Part shown: piece after piece, positions 1-10,337 of the stretch | Position numbering within the stretch: position 1 is the first letter of the stretch | Layout of the letters: each line of letters starts with the position of its first letter | Assembly: GCA_000146465.1 (NCBI GenBank) | Contig: CP001951.1 | DNA: 64,000 nt | Strand: one strand, 5' to 3' | Made by a program: the position numbers and the translations under genes | The notes under the pieces: model-generated | The model's input: the letters and a program-made list of their open reading frames with translations, nothing else | The model's database searches: none | Told to the model about the DNA's origin: nothing

Positions 1-472
1 GAACTTGCTCAAGATTGTACTTTATCTTCTCTGCATCAAATATCTTTTCGTACATGTTCAATGCGGTAAACATGTGGTTCGTGTCCGAGGATTTCATGAA
101 GCTCGATGCCTTCTGGAACAGTCCATTCAAGTCGTTCAACTTCTCGTTATTGAATATATTCACAAGAATCGCATCGTATGCCATTCTAGTTATCTCGTCT
201 CCATACAAAAACAGATCCAATACATTCTCCACAAGATACTTTCGAACTTCGGAATACTCATCGCTTCCCCATTGCTTTATTATTGCATTCTTGAAGTAGA
301 TGGTTGCAACCCTCTTTATTGTTGCATCGGAATCCTTCATGCATGTATCTGGGAGAGACATCACAAAGCTTGGCTGCTTCTCCAAGTTCATCAGCATCGA
401 CTCTGCTGCACTCCTCTTTCCAGAATCCGGATCAATGGTCTGCAGAAATATTTGGCGTGTTTCTTCTCTCAT
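1..472 (-). CDS. Importin-beta family nuclear transport receptor, N-terminal part; the gene runs off the left edge of the window
   Basis: Reverse-complement translation from the ATG at 472..470 gives MREETRQIFLQTIDPDSGKRSAAESMLMNLEKQPSFVMSLPD...IKRVATIYFKNAIIKQW, the importin-beta N-terminal (IBN_N) pattern. It is open to position 1. The ORF track omits it because there is no stop inside the window, and track ORFs 5..496(+) and 15..299(+) are its antisense shadow. Confidence 0.55.
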   Translation of the reverse strand, partial: MREETRQIFLQTIDPDSGKRSAAESMLMNLEKQPSFVMSLPDTCMKDSDATIKRVATIYFKNAIIKQWGSDEYSEVRKYLVENVLDLFLYGDEITRMAYDAILVNIFNNEKLNDLNGLFQKASSFMKSSDTNHMFTALNMYEKIFDAEKIKYNLEQV

Positions 473-564
473 GAGGGCACCTCAGATATTTTTTGAAAAA
501 TTTTTGGGATATCCTTTCCGGCTCCCTAGGCGGAAAAAGAAAACTTCAACTGTTCGAGATGGTT

Positions 565-2100
565 TTATTGGCTCTTCTCGGCCATGATGGTCGAGTCAAT
601 CATAATGATAGAGGCTACACCATTGAAGGATGCTTTGATCATGTTCTTCTTGACCTCAAGGGCCTCATATATCCCAAGGGCCTTCATATCTTGAACCCCT
701 TTGATACTGACTCCTTCATAGAGACTTCCGCTAGCATGTCTTTTTCGGAGGTCCTGAATTGTGCTTATTGTATCAAACCCAAAGTTCCTGGCTAGAAGAA
801 GAGGAATTTTTTCAAATGCCTGGCCTATGGCCTTTGCAACAAACACCTTCTTATTACCGTATTCCATCGACTTCTCTCGAATCACTTTGGACAACTCCAT
901 CTCCATGGATCCTCCTCCTGTGACCACTTTTCCTGTCTTCAGGGCACTTCTAACAACACACATTGCATCATGTACTGCTCTTCCAATCTCTTCGAGAACT
1001 TCCTGGCCAGGTCCCCTGAGTATCATCGTGCATGCATTCATTCCTCCTCCCTCAAAGTAATTGTATCTGAACTTTCCCAACTGTCTCTCTTCAAAGAGTC
1101 CGCACGACCCCAAGCTTTCCTCTAGATAGTCTGTCGATCCCAGGATCCTTCCTCCGCACGACCCAATCACCCTATTAAGATCTTCCTTGGAAACTCTTCC
1201 TGCACAGAATATCCCATGCTTTGCAAAGTACTGTGTGGCGTAGTCTCCTATCGATAATGAACTTAGAACCACTTTTGCCCCGCTGTCTATTATCTCATCC
1301 AGCTTCCTACGGATTATTTCCCACTCTGCATCAACAACTTTCTGATACTCTTCGACTCCCCCAACCCTTATCTCGGCATTGTCCCTCTCGCTCTTCCACT
1401 CGAGCTCCACATTCAAGCAGAGGATTTTTGGATTTAAGATCTTCTTCGGCTGCTGCTCATATCCTGCATAAGTAAAGCACTTCTCAAATGCAACCCCGTT
1501 TACAACAGTCGAATCCCCAATACTTCCTCCCTGCACTTTCTTCACTCCAATCGAGTCTACATCATCTATACTTGCCTGTCTTATTGCATCAACAACCATT
1601 TGAGAAAAATGCTTCTTTTCATGCCTTATGTTCTTGGAGGTAACACACGTCTCAGCCAGCTTGTAGAGCATTTCATCATTCAGATCCATGCTCATCTTTT
1701 CTAGATGTTCGATACACACCATCCGGAGCTCACTAAGGCATTCTCTGATGGATTCAAGATCAAAATTGTCCTTAATCAACGGCTTCAAGCAACTTAATAT
1801 TTCCGTGGTTAGAATTATCACACTGGTTGTTCCGTCTCCAACTTCATTGTCTTGGGACTCAGACAGCGCCACCAGAAGTTTTCCCACAGGATGATTAACT
1901 TTCATGTGCTTGAGTATAGTTGCCCCATCGTTAGTTACCACTATTTCCTTTCCAGCAAATAGCTTGTCCATTCCGTAAGGTCCTAGAGTGCTCTCCAGGA
2001 ATTCAGCCATCTTCATGCACACATCTATGTTTGATATAACCTGGAGCTTTCCTTCTCGAGGGTCTGCTATCTTCTCTGTCTGTACAAAAAGTTGATTCAT
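565..2100 (-). CDS. T-complex protein 1 (CCT/TRiC) chaperonin subunit
   Basis: The track ORF is 565..2154, but its first codon is GTG; the first ATG (MNQLFVQ...) is at 2100..2098. Motifs LGPYGMDKL, VTNDGATILKHMKVNHP, GDGTTSVIIL and GGGSMEMELS are the group II chaperonin signature. The subunit type cannot be assigned by eye. Confidence 0.85.
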   Translation of the reverse strand: MNQLFVQTEKIADPREGKLQVISNIDVCMKMAEFLESTLGPYGMDKLFAGKEIVVTNDGATILKHMKVNHPVGKLLVALSESQDNEVGDGTTSVIILTTEILSCLKPLIKDNFDLESIRECLSELRMVCIEHLEKMSMDLNDEMLYKLAETCVTSKNIRHEKKHFSQMVVDAIRQASIDDVDSIGVKKVQGGSIGDSTVVNGVAFEKCFTYAGYEQQPKKILNPKILCLNVELEWKSERDNAEIRVGGVEEYQKVVDAEWEIIRRKLDEIIDSGAKVVLSSLSIGDYATQYFAKHGIFCAGRVSKEDLNRVIGSCGGRILGSTDYLEESLGSCGLFEERQLGKFRYNYFEGGGMNACTMILRGPGQEVLEEIGRAVHDAMCVVRSALKTGKVVTGGGSMEMELSKVIREKSMEYGNKKVFVAKAIGQAFEKIPLLLARNFGFDTISTIQDLRKRHASGSLYEGVSIKGVQDMKALGIYEALEVKKNMIKASFNGVASIIMIDSTIMAEKSQ

Positions 2101-2123
2101 GTCTGGGCCTAAAATTTTTATGC
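2101..2123 (-). promoter_or_regulatory. AAAATTTT box plus CCC motif immediately upstream of the CCT start codon
   Basis: The minus strand reads gcatAAAAATTTTaggCCCagacATG. The same architecture, an AAATTT-like box, then CCC, then ATG, recurs upstream of many genes in this window (see findings). Confidence 0.35.
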
Positions 2124-2348
2124 TCGATAAAGGCTCTAAGGAAAAGCTCCTCACCAGTTACGAGCCAAGGACATACCTAAGAAGACCTAGGAAGAAAGAG
2201 GATGAACAGATGTCCCAGACGCCCCTCAGAAGACACGGCTCTCTCTTTAGAGTCGATCTTTCAAGAGTGATAAAAGAAAAGGAGCATTTTGTATTTTCAA
2301 GGTTTCTTAATAGATTCATCAGATAAAGCCAAGATTTATTACACAGAT

Positions 2349-5300
2349 TTACACATCAAGCCTACTTCCGTACACAATAGTCTTCAAGTATTCCCTGTCG
2401 CAGTGCCCCATGTTCTCGGCACAGAGCATAAGATCTTTTAGGCCGAATTGGCTATTCCTGTTGGACATTTCCACATGGAATTTCACCAGATCTTCATCTC
2501 CTCCAGAAAAAGATGCAATGGCAGTCCCCTCCTGTGTTCCATAGCCTTTACAATAAACAACCTTGGTATCCTCCATCAAAGAGTGTTTTTTCCCTTCCTC
2601 AATCGTGAGTATCAGCCTGCTATTTCCAGATTTCTTACAGCTTCCCAGGAAATGTATGTTTTTTATCAAGTAGGTTCTGTCTTCCTGAGACTCCTCTTCC
2701 AACATCCTGTAGATCTTCTCATTGTTTTCCTTGGGCCCTGCCGATATCACAGCCGTTATCGCCATCTTTTCTTCGATAATGTGTGTTGCGATATCGCAAG
2801 CAATTATAAGAGTGTAGTCAAACGGATGCCTTGACATTTCATGAATTAAGCCTTCATATTCATCTTTGGTGTCTGGAAATGTGCTTGAGTAAAAGGAATC
2901 TACACTCCTCGAAATCACATCTCTTACCAAGTTCATATCCGCATCTACCATACCAGCCCACATATTCTCGAAGTTGTCCCTGCACAATCTACTTTCAAGA
3001 ATGGGATATATCACGTTCTCCACATACTCCCTATAAATCCTGAAAGAAAGATGTACTCCATACGCTTCAAAGAAGATTTTACTCTTTCTACCAAACACTA
3101 GATTAAGAATTTCATATACCTCTCTCTTTTTGCTATGCTGTTTGCTGATGCTTCTTTCCTTCTCCAATTTCTTTTTATGCTCGTAGACTTCATTGAGCGG
3201 TGCATGTTCAACTATCAGTTCAAGAAGTCTCTCCTCCAACCGCTCTAGATTCCCTGACTCCTCTGTCTCAAATCTCTCTACAAAACTACAGTTGTATGTA
3301 TATTCCTTGTAAGGATTTGTCTTTGTGCTCGATACCAGTATAATAGAGTATTGTGGATTGTCCATCTGCCGTTTGAGAGCTCTATACACGTCCTTGTCAA
3401 ACCGATCGCATCCATAAACAATGACATCGTTCCCATAGTAGCTGCAGTTGGACAATACCTGCTTGTAGTTTTTATCTTCAAGGCTGGTCGAGATAAACCT
3501 TCTTGCCCTGGTAAGAGCCGAAATGCCACTGCTATGAACAAATCCGTTTCTTTTGCAATGAAGAACCCAGTCGGTGCTCGAGAGAATATACTTTATAGGA
3601 CACAAGTATTTCATTCTTCTCCATTTCTCCACCTCATCAGATAGCTCTCTTACAATCTTATCCATCAGGAGAGCTCTTTCATCTGCCGACTTGATTTCCT
3701 TCTTTATAGACTCAAGCTTAAGAACCGATGCATTATATTCGTCTTTCATTGCCTCAATTTTCTTTTCAATCTGTAAAAGCTTCTTTTCCTCCTCCTCTAT
3801 TTCCTTCCTGCTCTTTTCAACCTCCTTCCCAAGCACTGCTATCTCTTGATCCAGAGGAGAAATCTCCTCCATAGTCTTGGCATATTTATATCTCGCCATC
3901 ACCCACATAAAGAGTGGCCCGCAAGCACTACTTGCCTTCTGTGCCTTTTCATAGCTGAACAGAGGATTCGATATCATATTCTCGAGAACATCAGGTACTT
4001 TTGTACTCCTGCAGTTCAGAACCTTAGAAACAAAATCCTCTCTTTTCATAAACTGGATCAATTGTTTCCATTCAATGCTCCCTCCCTTTGTCTCTCCTTC
4101 CACAATCCAATACACTGCCTCTACAGTGTTTCTAACTATTTCAGGCGGGTTGATCATCACTCTGATCTCCGACAAGCTACTCTTCGGCAGTTCCTCTATA
4201 CTTCTTCTAGACTCAGATAGTAATGTCTTTGCCACTCTAAGCCTTTTGTCTATCACCTCCTGTTTCTTCTGATTCATCATCAACGCTCCTTCTATTTCTC
4301 TCTTCCTGTTTCCGATTGCTCCTTTCTCCCTTTCTAACTGTTTCTGGGTATTGATGATCTTTTCGAGCTGCCCGTCTAGCCTGTCCGTGAGCTTTTCCAG
4401 ATCCTTTTTCTTTCGAGAAGATTCAAGCCCTAGGGCTAGTGCCTCCTTTCCGAAGTCCTCAATCTTCTGCAGCCCCCCTATCAGGAATTTCCTTCTTCTA
4501 GATTCCTTTTCCTTGAACTCTCTTGCAATCCTTGCAAAGCTCATTCCGAACCCAATTGCTTTACAGAGGAAACCAGTTGTCACCACATTGGGATGCTGGC
4601 ATTCCCATGGATGTCCATCTTCCTCGACTCCCATTGCCAAGGAAGATGTTTCCGAAGGAATCCCTTCATTTTCCAAGTCAATGTTGATACCAACATTTGT
4701 TGTAAAGCATTCTTTTACCATATCCAGATCGGATATGTCTTTGCTTCTCACCATATTATAGATCTTAAGTAGGTCCAGAGAATAATAAGCTGTTCTCTTC
4801 AGCTTGAAAATCATACATTGGTTGGATATATCTTTCCTTAGAGAAGACACATCCTCTACAAGAAAAGCAGTTTGCCCATCAATCTTCTTTTCGTCCTCAT
4901 TACTAACTATCCTTACATTTTCCTTCATCTGTCTCATACACTCTCTCACCACCCAATGCTTTCCTGACATCCTACCTCCTTCAATCACAAGATTGTACCC
5001 TCTGTGGAAAATAGACCCTACGTAGGAAATATCGCTGCATCTCTTTGCCCTTCTGAACCTTCTAGTCTCAAGATTAAACTCAATCTCTTCAGGACGTCTT
5101 CCAAAAGCCCTTTGCATCTCTTCTTCCAAATCCTTTGATTCTCCAAAGTAAATCTTTGCTTCAAAGTACATCAGATCAACCAAATCTCCCTCCTCCATAC
5201 ACAGATCCCCTAGTGTCCTGATAAAGCTGGTGATTTCCTTCAGGTTGACTTTGAAGTTTTTGTAGATAAACTCCACCACCTGTAAGACCCTTTTGTAGTC

Positions 5301-8300
5301 CTGGAAATGCTTCGTTGCTTCAAATCTTTTTCTGATTTCCGACTCAAAAAGAAGTTCCGTATCTCTCGGCTCTTCCACAAATATAGACTTTATCTTTCTT
5401 CTCAGTCTTTCTGCTGCCGTGTTCCGAATTGCATCATTCCCTTTCTTTTCATTGATTCCACATATTAAAACCATGTTCTTTACCTCTATCTCTCCAATTC
5501 TTCCACACTCGTTATATTCCCTAACTGCCTCCACCAGACTTACATTCCTACAGTCAAAACCCTCAATGTAAACCACCGATCTTAAATCATATATCTTCTC
5601 TTCTCCTACTCTCTTTATCTTGTCTTCCCCAAGACTTTGAGCGATCATCGAGGTCTCAAATCCGTTTCCCTCAATCACAACAACCTTCTCCTTAAAAACC
5701 TCTTCAACCAACGACCTCTTCCCAACTCCTACTTCTCCTCGCATGAAAAAGACTTTTGAACCGTCTTTTACTAGTGCTTCCATTGCCCTTGCATAAAAGC
5801 TCTGTTCTTCTGTTACCACCAAACCTCTAAATGGGAACACAGGTACCTTTCTTCCATCGTATCTTATGTCCATACCAGTCCCAACAGTGTTTTGGAGATT
5901 CCCTATCTGGTAAAGATCGTCCTCTTCCATGTGAACAAGAAACACCCTGGTTAGGGTGGCAGGTGTTATATTCTCCATAGACGTGCTTTCAAACACAAAC
6001 CTATAGTGGTCTGGAATCCTAATTCTTTCTCCGGAACTCAGGCATAGTAACTTATTTTCGTCTAATATAGAGTTGAAATCTTCAATCCAGAAGGACTCTG
6101 CAATCCCATCAAATACAAACCAGCATTCCTTGCTACTGTCCATGTTCCTTCTTAGATCTCGAACAAACTTGCTATCTTTCCACTCTCCAGTAACCTTGTC
6201 TTGGAATCCAAATATCTTCCCTATATTTCTCGGGTTGTAGTAAAAGCACATCGCTCCTCTGGACTCTCTTGCTAATTTTATCAATGTACTCTTCCCAGCC
6301 CCATTCCCTCCTATGACAAGAGCTCCTCTCCTGTTCTCCAACCCATATAGTAGCATGTCTTTGTGTGCTAGGTTCTGCTCCACTTTCCTTTCAAAAATCT
6401 TCTCAAATTCTTTAACAAATATAGCTTTGTCTTCCCGCCCAAGACAGGCCATATAAAAGTAGATTGCCGATCTCATAATCTCCGCCTCTTCTCTTCCCTT
6501 TGTGATCGTTCTTACTGCTCTTAACCCAAAATCATAATGATCCTGCTTACTTGCCTTGGACTCCACTTCCCTCATTAGCCTGTAGATCTTTTCCGAACTT
6601 TCTTTACAATAGTAGTCTATAATGTCTTTTATGTCTGGTGCATCTATTCTTGTTTCCCCGAGTATGGCTCTTAGGCTTCTAGGCATCCTGTACCGACCCT
6701 TATATCCTATGTTCATCGTAAGGAAGAACTTTGTCTTATTTTTGTTAAGGAGAATCAGCTCAGTCGCCCCACTCATTATCTCTTCACTCAGTCGATTGAA
6801 CTCGTCAAAACATAAGTAAGACCCTGTAAGAACTGCCCCCGAAATAACATTTCTTAAGGTTTCAAGCTCACACCCTTCGTTGCAGCAAAAAACAAAAACA
6901 GGCTTTCCAATAAGCCTACAGTAGTATTTCACCGACTCTGTCTTTCCTGTTCCGCTTCTTCCATACAGAATCACCCCACATAAACTTTTTAGCGAAATGG
7001 CTATACTTGAAAGTACCCTACATACTAAGGGTGTAAATACAATGTCTACCGGTGGGTAGTATTCAAAACCATACTCTATCTCTTCAGTGGAATCCATAAA
7101 GAGCTCCCCACTCTTCAGTACAGGTTTTGGATATAGCCTTATCACTCCATTCGGATGCTTCTCAATCTCCCTTTCTAGTACTCTAAGCTTTGGAGTCATT
7201 TCAAAATCTCTTTTGTTGAAGTACTTAAACTCGGAAATCAAATCGGAAATAATTGACGGACATCCCTCTTTGAGACTCTCCAGACCATCGTGGAACCAGG
7301 ATTTGAGGGTTCTCTTGACCTCTTCTTCAAATGTATCCATAAACCCTCCAATATCTTGGTCAATCTGTACCTTCTGGCGAAGCATCACTGTCTCCCCGTT
7401 ACCTTCAAATCCCAAAATACTGCCGTTTTCGACAATAACACCATCTATGTTGAACATCATTCCCAACATCTCCACATAATAGGATCTACTATTCAGCCCC
7501 CGTATAAGATCGATGTCCGAAACAAGATAAAGCCTAGGTGTTCTTTCCCTACATCTCCTAAGGAATACTTTGAGACCTTTCGATATATCGTCAAAGTCTT
7601 TCTTCATACCGAGAAACTCATCTTTATGAGGTAAAAGAGCCCCAAGCTTAACCTCCCATCCACTGGAAGAACTTGGAGTGCTAAATCTATTCAAGACGTC
7701 CAGGAATCTTTTTTTTATCATGGAGTATTTCTTAGCTTCAAAGTCTAATCCATCAGTGGAAAAAACATTTGCGAACTCCCTTATTCCTCTCTGGACCTCT
7801 TCAAGACAAGCCAGAAAGCTGAGACAATCGTCCATGCGCTCCTTAATCCCATTAAGCTCCTCTATAAAGAAGTTCTTTTCATTGAACCTCGATATTGAGT
7901 CATGCTCCACAAGAAGCTTATTAACTCTCTCCTCAACTTGGCTCAAGTCTGGTATAACTACTTCCTCCTTCCGAAGATGCCTCACCTTCAAACTCACTAA
8001 GAATATTTCAGCCCTAGCCCTCTCTATATACCTTTCAACCTCATACTCCATCCTTGAATCGGCTAGCCTCTTTTCTACCTCATCTTTATCCTGTAGAAGA
8101 AAAAATTCCTTTGTCTCCATCTCTGTGTCAAAGTACTTCTTTTTTACATAGGGACTTTTTGTATGCTGTAGACAATCCAACCCAGATATATAGTATTTTA
8201 TCTTACTCTGAAACTCCTTATAATATTCTGCATGGAATAGAGATACATCAATGGACTTTAGAAAAGAGGAAAGTTGCTCCACATCTACATCACATACTTT

Positions 8301-10337
8301 TTGGGACTCATACTTCTTGAGGATAGTCTCAAACCTACTAAAGGTGGCCCACTCAGCATCCAATCCTCCTATTCTTTCTTGTAAGGAACTGCAAATCAAA
8401 GGATAATCCACAATACCAAGAATCTTGTTGAATCTTTTGATTTTCTCTTCAAGCTCTTCGTATCTTGTCTTAAGAGATTTAAACATAGGCCAAAACATTA
8501 GTCCGTCTCTTTCCTTGGCTGCATTGTCTATCTTTTCCCCAAAATCTCGAATCTCAGAGACCAAGGCCTCTCGTCTTGACTTTATGATGCCAAACGGAAT
8601 ATCATTTAGAAATAAGTTCAAGGCTTCCCTGTTTGCTTCTAGAGCACTATCCCTTTCACTCCGGACAGTCTCAATGGCCACGCTTGGTCTTTCCAGTCCA
8701 TACTCAATGACGGCCCCATTCAACTCTTCAAGAATTCGAAATTCCTCGGACCGGAGATATTCATCAACCAGTATGGAATTGGATATTCCCTCAAGCAGAT
8801 CTCTTCTCTCCATACTGCTTTCTTGGGATCCAGAATCTCCCATGCCCCCAACCATATCCTTCCTTGCAGCTAGCATATCGTAGACTCTGGAGTTTTCTGC
8901 ACTTACAAACCTGCAAACTTCATCGCATACCGTCTCAAACAACCTCGCTTGTTCTGAAGCATCCATAGTATGTTCAAAGGTAAAAAATGGAATTGTATTC
9001 TTAACAAACATCTCGACACTTCTTTGCGAATCCCGGACTCTCAGAAACCTTTCGTAAAGCCCCAAAGGAAGGTCCCAAGTCGGAATCAACTCCAATATTC
9101 TTGTGCAGGTTTCATAATTTGCCACAACCATTCCAATTATTTTTTCCACTTTAGACCTTATTTCCTGGCCTGGCCTGAGCCTTTGAAGAACCTTTTCAAA
9201 GAAATATCCTTCTCCTTCCGAAGGAAATATCTTCTCCAAAATCTTAAAGTACTCAGAAAGAGGAGGTTCAAAACAATGCTCCACACCATTCCCACATCCT
9301 TCGATCTTTACAATTTCTTTCTTAAGCCTATGTTTTGAGGAAAACAGACTGCTGTCTCCTGCTTCTAAGGCCTCCAGTACAGATTCAAGATATTGTAGGA
9401 ACACTCTGCTCATAGACCTATTTATCCCTCGCACTACAATGCTCTTTTCGTAAAACTTAAAAAACTCCAAGTAAGTCTCGCTGTCGAGAGAAAACAGCAT
9501 CTGCTTCTGGATTTGTTTGGAAAATATTGCTTTCATTTCCTCCTTGGCTATCTTTTTTAAAAGGAATCTGTAGGTGTAAACCCTGTTCTCAAGCTCCCGA
9601 ACTCTGTCGTCGATCTCTTCTATGTCTTGGAAGTCCTTTGCATCCTTCCATCGCAGCATCAAGATCTTTTCCATTGATCCAAACACCAAATCTATCTCCT
9701 TGTGAAACAGATCTAGGTCTTCACGCACATCCTCCAATATCCTGTTGATTCTCCTGCATCCATCATCAATTCTTGTGTAAATAGATCTAGCCTCTAATGC
9801 TAAAGCCATTGTCTCATGGATAGGTTGAGAAATCCGAGACCTAACACCCTCCAGAGATACAATAGTCATGTACTCATCCAGCCTCTTTAGAATGGTAGGC
9901 TCAGGTGACACCTTGAACTTCCTGTTTCCATCGGCTTCCCTACTAATGCTCACTATTCTTCCCCAGGAAAATCCATCAGAAAGCACGGAATTTTCCCACT
10001 CATATATTGTGTCACTTACCTGTCTTTCTATGCTCTTTTTCATCCTTCGGATCTCCCACAGCTGCACTATCCCGTCATAATCCTGCCCAAAAAATAGATC
10101 TAGAATCTTCCAGACTTCTCCAAACATGTCGTGAAACATGAACAGTCTAGATAGCTTATTACAGAAATTGTCATCCAGAGATGGAGGACATGACTTTACA
10201 ATAGAGTCTAGGTATCTGACAATCATCATCCTATTGTTAACTGTTTTTCTTGCGAAAATCTCGAACAGGTTGAAGATGGAGAACATTTTCATGACCTTGC
10301 ATAGCTTGTGAAACTTATCTCCATCCTCCTGTGGCAA
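2349..10337 (-). CDS. Dynein heavy chain, linker, AAA+ motor and C-terminal portion
   Basis: A 2662-aa ORF with AAA1 P-loop context (GRSGTGKTESVKYYCRLIGKPVFVFCCNE), further AAA modules (GGNGAGKSTL, GEVGVGKRSL) and the stalk coiled coil. Its first codon is TTG, and the frame stays open upstream into the overlap with ORF 10315..11820, so this is the downstream part of a split gene. Confidence 0.85.
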   Translation of the reverse strand: MPQEDGDKFHKLCKVMKMFSIFNLFEIFARKTVNNRMMIVRYLDSIVKSCPPSLDDNFCNKLSRLFMFHDMFGEVWKILDLFFGQDYDGIVQLWEIRRMKKSIERQVSDTIYEWENSVLSDGFSWGRIVSISREADGNRKFKVSPEPTILKRLDEYMTIVSLEGVRSRISQPIHETMALALEARSIYTRIDDGCRRINRILEDVREDLDLFHKEIDLVFGSMEKILMLRWKDAKDFQDIEEIDDRVRELENRVYTYRFLLKKIAKEEMKAIFSKQIQKQMLFSLDSETYLEFFKFYEKSIVVRGINRSMSRVFLQYLESVLEALEAGDSSLFSSKHRLKKEIVKIEGCGNGVEHCFEPPLSEYFKILEKIFPSEGEGYFFEKVLQRLRPGQEIRSKVEKIIGMVVANYETCTRILELIPTWDLPLGLYERFLRVRDSQRSVEMFVKNTIPFFTFEHTMDASEQARLFETVCDEVCRFVSAENSRVYDMLAARKDMVGGMGDSGSQESSMERRDLLEGISNSILVDEYLRSEEFRILEELNGAVIEYGLERPSVAIETVRSERDSALEANREALNLFLNDIPFGIIKSRREALVSEIRDFGEKIDNAAKERDGLMFWPMFKSLKTRYEELEEKIKRFNKILGIVDYPLICSSLQERIGGLDAEWATFSRFETILKKYESQKVCDVDVEQLSSFLKSIDVSLFHAEYYKEFQSKIKYYISGLDCLQHTKSPYVKKKYFDTEMETKEFFLLQDKDEVEKRLADSRMEYEVERYIERARAEIFLVSLKVRHLRKEEVVIPDLSQVEERVNKLLVEHDSISRFNEKNFFIEELNGIKERMDDCLSFLACLEEVQRGIREFANVFSTDGLDFEAKKYSMIKKRFLDVLNRFSTPSSSSGWEVKLGALLPHKDEFLGMKKDFDDISKGLKVFLRRCRERTPRLYLVSDIDLIRGLNSRSYYVEMLGMMFNIDGVIVENGSILGFEGNGETVMLRQKVQIDQDIGGFMDTFEEEVKRTLKSWFHDGLESLKEGCPSIISDLISEFKYFNKRDFEMTPKLRVLEREIEKHPNGVIRLYPKPVLKSGELFMDSTEEIEYGFEYYPPVDIVFTPLVCRVLSSIAISLKSLCGVILYGRSGTGKTESVKYYCRLIGKPVFVFCCNEGCELETLRNVISGAVLTGSYLCFDEFNRLSEEIMSGATELILLNKNKTKFFLTMNIGYKGRYRMPRSLRAILGETRIDAPDIKDIIDYYCKESSEKIYRLMREVESKASKQDHYDFGLRAVRTITKGREEAEIMRSAIYFYMACLGREDKAIFVKEFEKIFERKVEQNLAHKDMLLYGLENRRGALVIGGNGAGKSTLIKLARESRGAMCFYYNPRNIGKIFGFQDKVTGEWKDSKFVRDLRRNMDSSKECWFVFDGIAESFWIEDFNSILDENKLLCLSSGERIRIPDHYRFVFESTSMENITPATLTRVFLVHMEEDDLYQIGNLQNTVGTGMDIRYDGRKVPVFPFRGLVVTEEQSFYARAMEALVKDGSKVFFMRGEVGVGKRSLVEEVFKEKVVVIEGNGFETSMIAQSLGEDKIKRVGEEKIYDLRSVVYIEGFDCRNVSLVEAVREYNECGRIGEIEVKNMVLICGINEKKGNDAIRNTAAERLRRKIKSIFVEEPRDTELLFESEIRKRFEATKHFQDYKRVLQVVEFIYKNFKVNLKEITSFIRTLGDLCMEEGDLVDLMYFEAKIYFGESKDLEEEMQRAFGRRPEEIEFNLETRRFRRAKRCSDISYVGSIFHRGYNLVIEGGRMSGKHWVVRECMRQMKENVRIVSNEDEKKIDGQTAFLVEDVSSLRKDISNQCMIFKLKRTAYYSLDLLKIYNMVRSKDISDLDMVKECFTTNVGINIDLENEGIPSETSSLAMGVEEDGHPWECQHPNVVTTGFLCKAIGFGMSFARIAREFKEKESRRRKFLIGGLQKIEDFGKEALALGLESSRKKKDLEKLTDRLDGQLEKIINTQKQLEREKGAIGNRKREIEGALMMNQKKQEVIDKRLRVAKTLLSESRRSIEELPKSSLSEIRVMINPPEIVRNTVEAVYWIVEGETKGGSIEWKQLIQFMKREDFVSKVLNCRSTKVPDVLENMISNPLFSYEKAQKASSACGPLFMWVMARYKYAKTMEEISPLDQEIAVLGKEVEKSRKEIEEEEKKLLQIEKKIEAMKDEYNASVLKLESIKKEIKSADERALLMDKIVRELSDEVEKWRRMKYLCPIKYILSSTDWVLHCKRNGFVHSSGISALTRARRFISTSLEDKNYKQVLSNCSYYGNDVIVYGCDRFDKDVYRALKRQMDNPQYSIILVSSTKTNPYKEYTYNCSFVERFETEESGNLERLEERLLELIVEHAPLNEVYEHKKKLEKERSISKQHSKKREVYEILNLVFGRKSKIFFEAYGVHLSFRIYREYVENVIYPILESRLCRDNFENMWAGMVDADMNLVRDVISRSVDSFYSSTFPDTKDEYEGLIHEMSRHPFDYTLIIACDIATHIIEEKMAITAVISAGPKENNEKIYRMLEEESQEDRTYLIKNIHFLGSCKKSGNSRLILTIEEGKKHSLMEDTKVVYCKGYGTQEGTAIASFSGGDEDLVKFHVEMSNRNSQFGLKDLMLCAENMGHCDREYLKTIVYGSRLDV

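Noticed and set aside
5-496. Track ORFs 5..496(+) and 15..299(+)
   Set aside because: They are the antisense shadow of the importin-beta gene on the minus strand, and they have no recognisable features.
10013-10019. GTAAGT-like hexamers inside coding regions (for example cacttac at 10013..10019 in dynein, and ggtaagc at ~34805 in NDC80)
   Set aside because: They are in frame within well-supported coding sequence, not next to an ATG, and lack a downstream YTAAT..AAG element. Removing them would break the frames.
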